Positions 27,732 through 43,405 are shown, counted from the first letter of the stretch. The stretch is DNA of 64,000 nt from Eledone cirrhosa (GCA_964016885.1 CAXHJY010000565.1:1-64000); one strand, 5' to 3'. Numbers and translations are program-made. The notes: generated by a model from the letters alone, not told the origin.

Positions 27732-28164
27732 ATACTCCACCCTGATTATACCTTCAGATTTATGCCTGTGATTATTGGGGCACTGGGATATGTTAGTAAC
27801 TGCCTCAATACAAATCTTGAGAAGCTGGGCTTCACAGGAACAGAAAGAACACAACTAGTTGGGTAATTACAAGTACAATCCATTAATGGAACAGTAAAAA
27901 TATGTAAAACATTCCAAAACTTTTGCTTCTAATAACTGCATATACACATGTACAGACACTAAGCATATAAACATGCACACATACAACTCAAAACATACAC
28001 ATCCACACATACAATAACATCCATATCTACACATGCATGCAGACATGCAGACATATCTACCTAGTTGATGTTGTGTAAATTCCAATGAGAGAGTCTTGTG
28101 TCTATATTAGAAACAGACTCTCTCTCTATTGGCAAAAATTTGTGAAATTATAAAACCAGAAGAA
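27732..28164 (+). mobile_element. R4/Dong-like family B, short 3' fragment
   Basis: Matches 27297-27718. (CATA)n on both sides. Confidence 0.9.
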
Positions 28165-28221
28165 CATACATACATACATACATACATACATACATACATA
28201 CATACATACATACATACATAC

Positions 28222-28624
28222 ATGGTGGCTGCCAACTCGTTTTCGAATACGGCCACTACTTTATATCCATGTAGGAGAACCGCTACCGATGCGCTGAACG
28301 AGTGTGACTTTTTAGTCCAGCCAGCGACTTGAAAACTCTGGTACAAACACTACATTTGTGACAATTATTGACACATAGTGCTGGGCCCATGGTACCATGT
28401 GACGACAAGTGCAGAGAGATCTCCAGATATAAAGTAATGCCTGTGCCGTGAAGCTTTTATAGTGAGCAAAGGCACTGCACAAAGCCAGTCCCACTCTCTT
28501 AACCAAGATGATATTTACCAAAAAGAAGAACAAGTCAACATCATTGGTAACCACCAGAGTTGCAGGTTTTATATCACAGTTTTCCCTCTCCTAGAATTCT
28601 GCCTTGACAAAGGCTAAGGGGTCA
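28222..28624 (-). mobile_element. Non-autonomous bipartite RTE derivative, 5'-truncated
   Basis: Matches 57943-58345. Confidence 0.87.
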
Positions 28625-28789
28625 TACATACATACATATACGGATAAATAGATAATTATACGCACGTACGTAGGTATGTATGGATGGATGATTCCGTGAC
28701 TCCTGGGGGTGGGGGGTCGTATGGACGCCGTATTGACAGCAGATTTCTTCCAGAGAAGGATAGAGGGAGGAAATGACAAAGAAATTGAG

Positions 28790-28949
28790 AGGAAGACCCC
28801 AGTACTAGACTGGTATGTTTTTTATCGGGCTCGAAAAGATGAAAGGCAAAGTTGACCTCGGCGGGATTTGAACTCCGAGAAGAGAGAGCCAGAAGGAACA
28901 CCATAAAGCATTCTATCCGACGTTCTAGCGACTCTGCCATTTTGCCGCC
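28790..28949 (-). mobile_element. Diverged SINE family A relative
   Basis: GATGAAAGGCAAAGTTGACCTCGGCGGGATTTGAACTC. Similar older copies at 29870-29985 and 39622-39750. Confidence 0.8.
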
Positions 28950-29164
28950 ATATTTATCTGTTGACGTATATGTATATCTTAGTCGAAGGTCAAATCTGAT
29001 CTGTAACAATTTCGTCAATCTTAAAGCGTACATCCTCTCTTGCGCATAGAGGCACACACGGAAAAGTGCACGCGCACTCACATACATTGTCAATCCCTGT
29101 TACTATAAATTTCAAGAATACACGAAGTGATTTAATATCAGACATCACTGGATAACTTATTGCC

Positions 29165-29280
<116 letters not shown>

Positions 29281-29357
29281 TATCGTGTGGTTAGGTTAAT
29301 TATAAATATATATCACGTTAATTATAAATATATATCACGTTAATTTATCGTGATATA

Positions 29358-29412
<55 letters not shown>

Positions 29413-29414
<2 letters not shown>

Positions 29415-29570
29415 TATCGTGTGGTTAGGTTTTGCCTACCGCAATGTTCAATTTGTCAAGCTATTTAAACGTATGTTATTACTCTAAGGACCCACCCTTA
29501 TTGAGTGCTTTGCTAACTCATTCATATTGTAGGTCGACTTTGCTTGCCCACAGCCAAAGCTTCGATTTTA
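29413..29570. repeat. Unclassified dispersed repeat adjacent to (TA)n
   Basis: TTCAATTTGTCAAGCT...AACGTATGTTATTACTCTAAGG...GAGTGCTTTGCT also occurs at 42590-42735. Confidence 0.7.
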
Positions 29571-30927
29571 CTAAGCGTCCACTTGTTGGCTATATGTCTA
29601 ATCAATTTCTACGGGCTATTAGAAATACTAGGTAAATCTTCTGTGGCTGTTGATCGCGGATAATTTATTTATCTATTGTTTCTTCATAGGTACATTTTAA
29701 ACTTATAGCCTCGTTTTTGTGTGGTTAATTATGCTGATTATGGTTAATTATGGCAGATCCCATCCCTCTCCAGGTCTGATGATAGCCAATTTCTTCCAGA
29801 GAGAGAGACAGACAGAGACAGGGTGAAGACGGTAATGCGATAGAAGATTCGATGTTAGTAATTATTCAATTTCAAAAGGATGAAAAGCAAATGTACCCTC
29901 GGCAGGATTTGAACTTAGAGCAGAGTGAGCCGGAACAAATACCGAGGCATTTTATCCGACGGTCTAGCGACTTTGTTAATTCGTTACTTAGACGTCAGAA
30001 AACGAATTGAAAGCACCAATGTAATATGATAAGTATACAGATATGAAGGTAATATTAGTAAACTCAAGGGAAATATTTTAACTTTCTTCATATGACGTTG
30101 ACAAGTGAATTTCATATCTTGTAAATCAGTACAAGGTTGTACATTGATTCAGAAGGAAGATATTGTTCTGAATAAGAGATAGTAGACACAATAAACAACA
30201 ATTTGTAAGAGAAAAGTTCAACAGTTCCACTGGCGAATAACGAAACAAATATGTGATTGGTCTCTCGATCTACACAGGTCATATTAACAAGTGTAGGTTA
30301 TTGCCAAACAATGAAGTTAACTCTTGAGTCTATATTGCGGTTCTTTTTTTTTTTTTTTTTCTTTTTTTTTTACAAAAGACGTAACATGTTCTATATCTTT
30401 ATTTTATTCATTATTTAACAAAAACAATACACTTTCAAAAATTGGCATTATAACATAGCAGTAAACTACTGTTCATGAAAAATGTAGTGTGGCGCAATAA
30501 AATTGACACTTTCTGAAATATTCAATTCCCAGCTCTGACTAAACATCATTTCTCGTTAGGTTAACTAATGATTGACACTTCTAAATTTTTGCAATGGTAA
30601 CTGCAAGTTTAAAGCAAGTAAAATATATTTCCTGCTCCACTTGTACATGCAAAAGATATTTTATGTTGTTTTATCTTTTTGTTTTATGGAAACATACCTT
30701 CCACATTATTGAAAGAAAAAAAACATGGAAAAAAGTGTTGAAGCGGAAGTGTAATATTCTTTTCTAAGTCACAGTTTTTAGTTTGGAAAGGATAGCTCTA
30801 TGAAATCAAATTATTTTCATCACAAATATTTTCACTCATTTCTTATCCCTGGTGGAAATAATATATAAGACGTTTTCATAGTTTTCATTTTTCGTTTTTA
30901 TTTTGAATTATACGAGGGTCAGCTGAA

Positions 30928-31118
30928 TTGGCAGTGGATTGGCAGTATCGGTAGAGGGTCGGACGCCATGCCTTGCAGCAAAGAGTTACGGCCCTTTATG
31001 GTCTGAGTTCAAATCGCGCCGAGGTTAACTTTGCCTTTCATCCTTACGGGGTCGATAAAATAAAGTACTAGTAATACACTGGGATAATTGCTGGCCTTGT
31101 GCCAAAAGTAGAAACAAG
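30928..31118 (+). mobile_element. SINE family A with a 19-bp target-site duplication
   Basis: TATACGAGGGTCAGCTGAA at 30909-30927 and 31119-31137. Confidence 0.93.
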
Positions 31119-31340
31119 TATACGAGGGTCAGCTGAAAGGTTCATAGGCTGAAACGTCCAAGGTCTAACCAAGATACTCTCATGGAGTGACCAAATGAGG
31201 CTTATTTTTATATAAAATAGTCCTTATAGTGATATGTATCACTACAAAAGTCTTTCCACATCTGAAAAATCTTGAATAAACTCATTAGAGAGCATCATCT
31301 TGAGAACACTATTCTCTACGGATGGAAAGTCTGGTTGTCA
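31119..31340 (-). mobile_element. Mariner-like DNA transposon remnant
   Basis: TA-CGAGGG...AGGTTCATAGGCTGA is a mariner-type TIR. The interior is degenerate. Confidence 0.45.
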
Positions 31341-31602
31341 GTCATAGAAGAGAGGAAGAGTGGGGTGCAGAGCAACAGACTGATGACCACTATGTCACAG
31401 TCTTTGCACATACATTGTCATTGTCTTTCCAATCTTCCTCTTACCAGCCATGATAGCCATTTCGTTTGGTTTTTCAATAAATTAGAGCAAAATTTAAACA
31501 AAATATGAAAGGTGAAGATATTATATACCATAAAAAATTTAACTATACATATACATTTCGATTATTATTATTTTTCACGTTTTTATACACTCATTTATAT
31601 AC

Positions 31603-31662
<60 letters not shown>

Positions 31663-32177
31663 TGTATACATATATGTACATACATATATCTATATACACA
31701 CTCATATATGCATATACATATATACATTTACATATACATATATATATACTCATATTTACACATACATACATATATTCACACACGTATATATAGAGAGAGA
31801 AGGAGAGAGAGAAAGGCGGGGAGCAGGCATTAAGTAACTTGGTGAAAGGAGATGTGAATGTAACAAAATTATTTGCTCCATTAGAAATATATCTAATGTG
31901 TAATGTATGTTTTACTACGTGGTTCAGTTAAACATCTATCTCTGTAGCCGCCATCTCTAATCTCTATTGCTCACAGAGGAATACAGTATCATCTACATTA
32001 TTTCTACGCCCAAGCGTGGACAATGTACGAGTAATAGTAATTCCTAAATACACGCACACATAGATATATAGATAATAGGCATATATATAATATTTATATA
32101 CACGCATATATTATTGTATGTGTGGAAACATATACATAAACACATATATATGTATATATATGTATGTATATATATAT

Positions 32178-32285
<108 letters not shown>

Positions 32286-32344
32286 CATTGTTATATTTTG
32301 GGAGGGTCACATCAAGAATCTTGTAAAACAAATACAAAAACGAA

Positions 32345-32427
<83 letters not shown>

Positions 32428-32434
32428 CATATAT

Positions 32435-32810
32435 ATGATGATGGCTGCCCACTCGTTATCGAGTATGGCCATTATACGATGAAAAAAAATAATAATAACA
32501 ATAATAATAATAATTGTTTCTACTTTTGACACAAGGCCAGCAAGTACCCAGTGCATTACTGGTACTTTATTTTATCTATCTCGTAGGGATGAAAGGCAAA
32601 GTTAACCTCTGCAGGACTTGAGCTCAGATCAGAAAGGGGTGTAACTCTGTGCTGCAAAGCGTGTTGTCCGACCCTCTGCCGATACTGGCAGTATCGGTAT
32701 ATAATAATAACAACAATAATAATAGCAACAATAATAATATACACACATATATATATACACACAAACACACGATAGCAACTAGCATCGCTCAGATCGAATG
32801 TGGCCTTTTA
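32435..32810 (-). mobile_element. Very short RTE 3' fragment with a SINE A (32511-32690, -) nested in its (AAT)n
   Basis: CTCGTTATCGAGTATGGCC terminus and CGATAGCAACTA...GATCGAATGTGGC (ORF end) as in both RTE copies. (CATA)n flank. Confidence 0.85.
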
Positions 32811-32996
32811 CATACATACATACATGCATACATACACATACATGCATACATACATACATACAATGTCTGCTAGATTCCTCCCGTTGGTGTTATCAATATT
32901 ATTAAAAAAAGAATTCATTATTATTATTATTTTCATTATTATAATCACTTTTTCTTGTTCGCTGTTGTTTTGCTTTAGATATCTCCTTGTATTATG

Positions 32997-33168
32997 ATCG
33001 GTAGAGGGTCGGACGCCATGCTTCCCAGCATAGTTACGTCCCTTTACGATCTGAGTTCAAATCCCGCCAAGGTTGACTTTGCCTTTTATCCTTACGTGGT
33101 CGATAAAATAAAGTACCAGTAATGCACTGGATAATGGCTGGCCTTGTGCCTAAAGTAGAAACAATTAT
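32997..33168 (+). mobile_element. SINE family A
   Basis: Matches the family consensus. Confidence 0.9.
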
Positions 33169-33208
33169 GATATTGAAGTCACAAGATTATATATATATAT
33201 ATATATAC

Positions 33209-33274
<66 letters not shown>

Positions 33275-33278
<4 letters not shown>

Positions 33279-33371
33279 CCCCCAAAAATGTATACACACT
33301 TTGATTACCTGTACAGGCAATATTTATTTGAATGTTATTAAAGTATGTAAACATTTTTCGGAAACACCCTG
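33275..33371. mobile_element. Tc1/mariner-type mini-MITE
   Basis: Same family as 47144-47243, in (TA)n. Confidence 0.8.
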
Positions 33372-33397
33372 TATATATATATATATATATATATATA

Positions 33398-34257
<860 letters not shown>

Positions 34258-34809
34258 CGGCGATGAATTAGTTTTGTGAGGTTTTTTATATGAAATCGTG
34301 TGTCGAAACAAATATTGTTATACTTGGGGAGGGTCATATTTGTGTAATATTGCGAGAATTAATAACAGAACACACTCACTGTTTGGTTGGTTTTCGCTTC
34401 TCGCTTCTGTGTCTTTTATATCGGTAATCTAACTTACTCGGTCCTCAATGTTGCCATTGACTGACCGACGGTCAAAAATAATACACATACAATATAGACA
34501 CAAACACATATATATATATAGTTTATCATAAATCTTTCGTTGTACATCTGCAACATCGTCAGTGGTGCTATCTTTTCCTCCTGTTGTATTGTATGTCTAC
34601 GCCATTTTTATTCAGTCTGTCTATATATTTATTTATTTATTTGCTTGTTTGTTTATTTTATTTTGTCTTCTTTGCGCATGCGTTTGCGTGTGTGTATAGT
34701 GTTTTGTTTGCTGTGTGATGGGTGACTAGTGTGTGTTTATGTGCTTGTTGTTATTGTGCTTGTGTATGTATTTATTTATTTATTTATTTATTTTATTTTA
34801 TTTACTTAT

Positions 34810-36203
34810 TTATACTTCTCTTAGGTCAGTGTTGTTTGTTTGGGTGTTGTTGTTATTCCATTCATTCTTTCTGTTTAGTCTTGGTCTTCTAATTTCTATT
34901 TCACTGGCCTCTCTGATTTGCCTATCTGCTGGGTCATTTCTATGTTTAGATATTATTCTAATTTCTATGTTGTCTATGTTACCGTCATGTTGTTGTCTAG
35001 CATGTTCGTATAGTCCTGACCCGTTTTTTCGTCCTTTTAGTTCCCCCCAGTGTTGGTCTATCCTTTCACCTATGCTACGAGCTGTCTCACCTATGTATGT
35101 TGTTGTCATGTTTCTGCAAGTACCCTCTGTACATCTTATGCTATAGACTACGTTTCTAGTTTTACAGTTTATCCGGGGGTTTACCTTACATATGATACAT
35201 TTCCTATTGGTACAGTGGGTTTTCTTAAAAGGGTAGGTTTTGCTGATCAGGGATTTTATGGTGGTTCCTGGCTTTTCTACCACCTTAATTTTTAAGTGGG
35301 TCTTTCTCAGGGCCTTTCTACACTGGTTAGCTAATTTCCCTCCAGGGGTAGCGTCCACAAACATGACACTCTGGTATCTCTGGTTGTCGTACCATGAGGT
35401 GGCTTTCCCTATCTTATGTCTAGCCCTATCTAAGCTATTCCATGATTTTCTCCTGTATAATGGGAAAATTCCTTTCATGTCCAGTTCTATGAGGGTCTTA
35501 TACTTCTCCATGGCTCCTTCGTATACTCTGACTCTGTCTCTTTGGTTTTAGCCAGAGAACTTCATGCGGTTGATGAAGTGTTGGATGTGTCTTTCCATTT
35601 CTGTTGGGTCGCACATGCGGGACACATTCTTCATCACTCGTACCAAATCTGCGATCAGAATATTAAAATTAGCACTACTGGACATTGCTGAGTATTTGGA
35701 GGCCATGGGTTTAGCATAGTGTCAGTGGAGAATTTGGGCTCTCTCGTCTATAGTGTTAATCCAGAGTTCTGTGTCTGATACAGGTAGTCTATTGTTAGGG
35801 TGTTTGGAAGGGAAGTCGATAGTTACAGTTATACTCTGGTGTATGGAATTAGCTATCTGCTGGATGTTTTCCATCGTGCTACGTTCTAAATCAAACTTGT
35901 TAGTGCTCTCTAGTGGGGGTGTTCTTATAACTATATTGATATCGTCTACATAACGAGAGTACATGATGAGGTCTATGGAGCTCTCATTAAGGAGATCTTT
36001 AAGTCTCCTTTCCCACCATACCATGAAAAGGTTGGCAACATCACCAGCTATGCTGACGCCGATAGCTGCTCCCTCATTTTGGGTGTAGATTTTCTCGTTG
36101 AACTTAAATATGTGGCCTTTTAAGGTAGTTTTGATATTGCATGTGCGACCATTTTTCTTACCTGATCATTGTTTTGGGGGGTCCGTATAGCTTTGGTCCA
36201 CCC
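34810..36203 (-). pseudogene. Disrupted PLE RT plus GIY-YIG endonuclease ORF
   Basis: ORFs 35722-36024 and 34810-35511 are separated by stops (ILH*HYAKPM, FSG*). Confidence 0.9.
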
Positions 36204-36535
36204 AATTAGAAGACCAAGACTAAACAGAAAGAATGAATGGAATAACAACAACACCCAAACAAACAACACTGACCTAAGAGAAGTATAAATAAGTAAATAA
36301 AATAAAATAAATAAATAAATAAATAAATAAATACATACACAAGCACAATAACAACAAGCACATAAACACACACTAGTCACCCATCACACAGCAAACAAAA
36401 CACTATACACACACGAAAACGCATGCGCAAAGAAGACAAAATAAAATAAACAAACAAGCAAATAAATAAATAAATATATAGACAGACTGAATAAAAATGG
36501 CGTAGACATACAATACAACAGGAGGAAAAGATAGC

Positions 36536-36577
36536 ACCACTGACGATGTTGCAGATGTACAACGAAAGATTTATGAT
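36536..36577 (+). ncRNA. Minimal hammerhead motif in the pLTR (mirror copy ~34526-34566, -)
   Basis: CTGACGA T GTTG..CAAC GAAA GATT TA. Stem I is weak. Confidence 0.55.
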
Positions 36578-36780
36578 AAACTATATATATATGTGTTTGT
36601 GTCTATATTGTATGTGTATTATTTTTGACCGTCGGTCAGTCAATGGCAACATTGAGGACCGAGTAAGTTAGATTACCGATATAAAAGACACAGAAGCGAG
36701 AAGCGAAAACCAACCAAACAGTGAGTGTGTTCTGTTATTAATTCTCGCAATATTACACAAATATGACCCTCCCCAAGTAT

Positions 36781-36952
<172 letters not shown>

Positions 36953-37139
36953 TATATATATATATATAGTTGATAAATGAAACAAAATCACAGAAATGTA
37001 AAAAATACAGTTATTAGAATCACGCTTGGATATATATACATATATATATATTCATGAATATATATACATACATATATATATACATATATATATACATATA
37101 TGTGTGTGTGTGTGTGTGTTGAGAGAGAGAGAGAGAGAA

Positions 37140-37239
<100 letters not shown>

Positions 37240-37426
37240 CTATGATAGCCTACTAGCTGATACATCAACACTTCCGGTTTTCTGGCTCTATATTTCTGGA
37301 CAATCCCTACATCAACAAAGGTCTCCCCTCATAACATGACAATCTAATCATTGTATTATTATTCACCATAGCATTCCTCATGTGAATATTATTTCTTTTA
37401 AACACATTTCCCACGCACACAAATAT

Positions 37427-37522
<96 letters not shown>

Positions 37523-37870
37523 TCAGGTTATCAATAATGTAGTGATAATATATCGTTACGTTAGAGATGAACAGCATACGTGCAGGTTTGCTCAAAGAGT
37601 ATAAATTATATTCCGGAGAAAATGTAGAAAGGATGAATATATATATATATATACATATATACATATATATATATATAAATATATACATATATATTTATAT
37701 ATATATATATATAAATATATATATATAAATATATACATATATACATATATATATATACATATATACATATATATATACATATATATAAATACATATATAT
37801 AAATACATATATATATATAAATACAAATATATACATATATATAAATACATCTATATACATATATATTATA

Positions 37871-37906
<36 letters not shown>

Positions 37907-37947
37907 CATATATATACATATATATATATATACATATATATAAATAC

Positions 37948-38064
<117 letters not shown>

Positions 38065-38317
38065 TATATGTGTGTGAAAGGTTGGAAGGTATTTATGTGG
38101 ACTGTATATTTGTTTATATACCTACAGTATATAGTCCTTGTTACCACTATTTTATCCGTATTGTGTATACAATTATTTTTGATTTGTTGTTTTGTGTTTT
38201 TCTATTTCAAGAACATACTTTCTCCTCCCTGTCTCTCTTATGTCTCCCATTCATCGACGCCGCCCAACAATATTTTTCTCTTAAATATGTGTTTTTTATG
38301 TTTGTTGTAGATGGTAG

Positions 38318-38632
38318 GATGGTGGATTGGCATATCGATAGAGCGTCAGACAACATTCTTTATGACATAGTTACGGTCTTTTAATTTTCTGTTCGAATCC
38401 CGTCGAGCTTAGGTTTGGCTTTCATTTTCCCGCCGAGGTTAACTTTGCCTTTAATCCTTACGGGGTCGATAAAATAAAGTACCAGTAATGCACTGGTGTC
38501 GATTTAATCGACTTCTCCCTCCCCCCAAATATGCTGGCCCTGTGCCTATATAAGAAACCATTTTATACGGGGTCGATAAAAAAAAGTACTAGCAATGCAC
38601 TGGGGCCGATTTAATTGAGTTTCCCCTCCCCT
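38318..38632 (+). mobile_element. Composite of SINE family A pieces
   Basis: A diverged head plus two 3' halves. Confidence 0.8.
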
Positions 38633-38649
38633 TCAATGCAATCCAAATG

Positions 38650-38830
38650 CTGGGTCACACAATCACAAATACAGAATGTATTTCAGTCCCCAACAAACAC
38701 TCACCCGCTATAAAGCTCAGGTGTGGCCCGTCAATAGAATACTACTCCCATATCTAAAGTACTGCTTCTGCAACAAACACAGCACACTAGAATACATGCA
38801 ACAAAATGCCAATCAACTGATTGACATGAA
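38650..38830 (+). mobile_element. Old CR1-group LINE RT C-terminal remnant
   Basis: With frameshifts it reads YFSPQQTLTRYKAQV.P..EYYSHI*, resembling the YKAQVRP.MEY.SH.W motif of CR1-group RTs. Confidence 0.55.
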
Positions 38831-39487
38831 GTTATAAACATTCTAGAACCTCTGACTTACAGACTTTATCCATTTTGTGCACCTACCCACCAACATGCCT
38901 AGCTAGCTAACTAGTTGGTTGAGTGTATGTGTGTGGACACAACATGTCTGGAAGCATAAGAAATTCGCTTTGTAGTCATTGGGTCCTGTGTTCGATCACA
39001 CTGCGTGGATTCTTAAGCAAATGCCATTTACAGTAGCCTCGGGTTGATCCATGACTTGTTAGTGACAATGGGAAGACGGAAACTTAATTATAGGTACAGA
39101 CCATCTGAAGGGCTTCCGAACAAAGAGCCAGCCTTGTTACACGCTGTGATACTCTGAATCTCACAGAAAATTACATAAAGGACACATGTATATTGAATGC
39201 TCAACCACATACTTGTTAATTTCATGAGCAGGTGGAAACACTCATCGTCGAAATCGATGGTGGTCCATTTCAGTGTCTATAAATGCGTGCATATACAAGT
39301 GAATATTAAAGTGATTATATTTTATTTCTATCTTTCACCATCACCCCGACTTACACTGCTCTTAATTTCATTGATTTCTCAATTTAAGCTGTTCTTATTT
39401 CTCTCTGCTAGCAGGCATGTATGTTTTATGTTATAAATATATGTAAACCCAAACTGCAGAAAAAAGTAGCATGCTGTATGTCCATAT

Positions 39488-39553
39488 CAGCTGATTGTGC
39501 CGTAGGGAGAGCTGTAGTTATATAAACCTAGTAGGGCCAATTCCTCTTCAGTT
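39488..39553 (+). promoter_or_regulatory. Candidate TATA plus Initiator Pol II core promoter
   Basis: TATATAAA at 39519-39526, TCAGTT with A at 39550 (spacing about -30), E-box CAGCTG at 39488, in non-repetitive sequence. Confidence 0.25.
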
Positions 39554-39914
39554 CAGAGCATAGCCTCTTTCTTCAAGAAAAAAAAGAGAAAGCGAGAGGA
39601 GGCGAGGAATAAAAATCGTCTTGAGTACTGGTATTTTATTTATCGACCTCGAAATGGTGAAAGGCAAATTTGAACTCAGAGCCTAAAGAGTTGAAACGAA
39701 TGCCAGAAAGCATCCTGACCGACATTCAAACAATTATGCCAACTCGCCCGCAGAAGAAAAAGTACTTAATATTATTTAAAAGCAAACTAGTTAGTGAATT
39801 AAGAATTTAATTAACTATTAGGTTGCATATCCATTTGAAATACTACTCTAATCACATTTTTATCCACTTCATATAGTACTCGAAATTTTGGTGCCATAAA
39901 TCTGCCAGCTGATA

Positions 39915-40040
<126 letters not shown>

Positions 40041-40603
40041 CATTTGACGTTTTCCCTGCTAGCAGCGAAGTAAATATCAGTGAAAAAAAAAGGAAAATAT
40101 ATACGGTACTTAAAGAACAAAATCTGTTTTCGAGACATTTTCTTGTCAATCTCACCATTACTAATGCAGAGAACTAATGATTATCCAACAGAAACCTGTG
40201 GCTAACGACGTTATTGTTCACAAATAAATAGATAAATACATAAGTAAATAAAACAACTCTTAGTGTCACATTCCCCCTGAAATTAAGAATCTTGGTGTGT
40301 GGGAAATGATAATAATGATTTTTCCCATTGTCACAGTCAAAATATTCGAAAAGGGTTGCGATTGATTAAATGGATATATTAGTGGAAGTAGCACCTACGA
40401 ATTTTTTTTTATTTTTATGGGATTAGAGACTCTGAAATAAATAGCAGCAAAGGAATGAATAATTTCCACCTATGGGATGCTACAGTAGATCGGAAGAGAC
40501 CAGGAAATCAGGATTGGGTAATTGTGTTTCTTTTTTTTTTTTCTTTTTTGAGGTCTTCAGGTGTTTGTTAGGGTTGTGTAAGGCAAATTGATATACTGTA
40601 TAT

Positions 40604-40814
40604 CAGGCATGTCAAACTGAGGGTCCTCTGAGGGCCACATGGGTCACATATGTGTTGTCTGAGGGTCACACATGACAACTAATTGCGCACATAACGACAA
40701 TATTTTTTCTTATTTTATATTACGAAGATAAAACATCCTTGCGCTGCGCTGTAAAAAGCATTGTAAATGATCGCGTGCAGCCGGCGGGCCGCATGTTTGA
40801 CATGCGGCCCGCTG
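40604..40814. mobile_element. hAT-like MITE
   Basis: TIR CAGGCATGTCAAAC...GTTTGACATGC with subterminal GCGGGCCGC/GCGGCCCGC motifs. Confidence 0.6.
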
Positions 40815-40988
40815 TATATTATATCATATTTCTGATACTTTGTGGAGTAAAATCCACGTTGAAAGGGCTTTGTTATGAAGAGTTTTATTGTTGCAGTTTT
40901 AATTTTAACTGGGTAATTGTAATTTAAGTTCTGGTTTGGAAATGTATTTTGTAGTTGTGTAGGGTTGTGTACGGAGAAAATTATATAC

Positions 40989-41069
<81 letters not shown>

Positions 41070-41106
41070 TGTGTGTGTGTGCGCGTGTGTGTATACATAC
41101 ATACAT

Positions 41107-41186
<80 letters not shown>

Positions 41187-41858
41187 AGAAAAAAGACATA
41201 TATCATTTGAGAAACAGCATATTGTAGAAATGCATAGAGCAAACAATATGTAGGAAAATATACATACTTTAAGGTGGCAATAATTCTATAGATCCCCATA
41301 CGGCCGTTTCATAAATCCAAAGAACTAAGCAAACCATTGATCTAAGTAATCGATTATCGATTATCAACTATTGATTTTGGTAAATCATCAAAGGCCAGGA
41401 TTTACTCATCATTGGGGATAGTCATGATATATGTCTCACACTGTACAAAATACTACATATCTGTCCAGAGGAAGAAGTTTTAATTTCCTCCACATGGTGT
41501 CAAAACAATGTCTAACAGCAAGGGCAGATATAAAGAGGACTATACGTTATAGGTGCCAGAAGTAGCTCCGAAAATCAAGTCCCAATTAAGGCAACTCAAC
41601 AAATTCATAAAATTTGGAGTAGTTAAGGATTCGATACATGTATAACGATCATGTTTCTCAATAAAAAAGCGCAACGGACCTTAGTATACAATTTCACCGG
41701 TCAACTCACAGGATCATCCGATGTGTTTTGTTTGATGATCCTGTGAGTAATTGATTAGCAAAACAAAAATGAAACAGTATGTCCTTCGCAAAGGAAAGTA
41801 ATATCTGTTTCAATATTGGTTTTCAAAATAAGAATCTTGCAAAACAAATATATAAATT

Positions 41859-41920
<62 letters not shown>

Positions 41921-41924
41921 TGAA

Positions 41925-42082
41925 TAGTTAGAGAACTGGATTCGCAATCGTGAGGTTGTCAGTTCCATTCCTGGACAGGGCGATGCGTTATGTCCTTGAG
42001 CAAGACACTTTATTTCACGTTGCTCTTTCTGGAGTTGCAGCCGATACATAGTATGAGCAATTGGAAAGACCAACGGAAACAT
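41925..42082 (+). mobile_element. SINE family B
   Basis: Matches the reverse complement of 4825-4985, including GCAATTGGAAAGACCAACGGAA. Confidence 0.7.
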
Positions 42083-42743
42083 TGTTTCCTCGGTCTGATT
42101 TGATGAAAGTCGATCGACAAATTTATGTATAGTATATTTGGCAATATACTGTATGTTTGATTAAAAACATTTTGAAGACCATTCGCTATTAGTTTTAAAG
42201 TAGTGACTATGTCACTTATTTATTCTCGGCAAAAGCAAAGAAGTGTGATCGACAGTCTGTTTCTCGCTTGTTAGAGTTTATCAAGACCACACACTCCCTT
42301 GCTTCTACCGAGATTTATAGAAGCTGGATTCTTATAGAATATATATATATATATATATAGGTGGTTCATATATGAACCACCCCTATAACCCGCTCGCGGC
42401 ACAGAACGGAAGCCTGTTGATAAAGTGAATCCACTGATCATCCAAAAACCCAAAACTTGCATACCGCGCAAGTGGAATTGTTGATTTCGGATTCATAGAA
42501 ACCTATCGGAGATATTGCATGATATCGCTGAGATGGTGCAGGTTTGTAAAAATATCCTGAGTTGGTTTTCTCGTTGCTTTGGTTCATGTGGGTGGGTCAC
42601 CGGTCGCAGTCTTCAATTTGTCAAGCTTTCTAACGTATGTTATTACTCTAAGGTGACACTACCTTATCGAGTGCTTTGCTGCACATTCCGGATTGTATAT
42701 CACTAGCTTGGCCATAGCCAAAACTTCGATCTGAACTTCCATT

Positions 42744-42806
<63 letters not shown>

Positions 42807-42976
42807 GGATACTATTTATAATTATGTATATACTATACTATATACAACTATAAACAGGTAAGGTCAGTAAATTATTACTACCTTATTACCAGTAAGATAA
42901 TAGCTCAATGTAAGAACATCATTTGTTATACAGAGCAGTAATATAGAATAACCGACAAGATATAACCCAAAATAAA

Positions 42977-43405
42977 TGTAACTATAGATCTAATAGAACC
43001 TGCCCTTTAGGTAACAACTGCTTAATCAAGGGCATCATTTACTCATGCACGGTCAACACTATCAACTCTTCTAAAACCTATATAGGCTCCACTTCGAACT
43101 GCTTCAAGACGAGATACAACTCACACCTCCACTCTTTCAGAAAGCACAATCTAGCCAACTCCACTTCACTATCTAGCTTCATACACTATCTGAAAACTAG
43201 GAATAGATAATATACACTTCAATGAGAAGTAGTAGGTAGGACAGCATCGTATAAACCACCTAATAAATTTTGTAACCTCTGTCTTCTAGAGACCCATACT
43301 ATAATCTTTTCGAACCTTAACCTCCTTAATAAAAAATCAGAAATGTTTGCATCGTGCCAGCACCGCTTCCGACACTCTTTCCAAAGCTTTAAACCTAGTA
43401 TATAG
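42977..43405 (+). pseudogene. PLE GIY-YIG endonuclease remnant (missed by the ORF track)
   Basis: CN...CPLGNNCLIKGIIYSC...TYIGST..FKTRYNSH..SF...TSLS...CNLCLLE...LLNKKSE...CQH, with two stops. Confidence 0.88.

Noticed and set aside
35722-35724. In-frame TGA as selenocysteine (some Naiad elements encode Sec)
   Set aside because: The position is not an obvious Cys site, the copy also has a TAA lesion, and I identified no SECIS. A family consensus would settle it.
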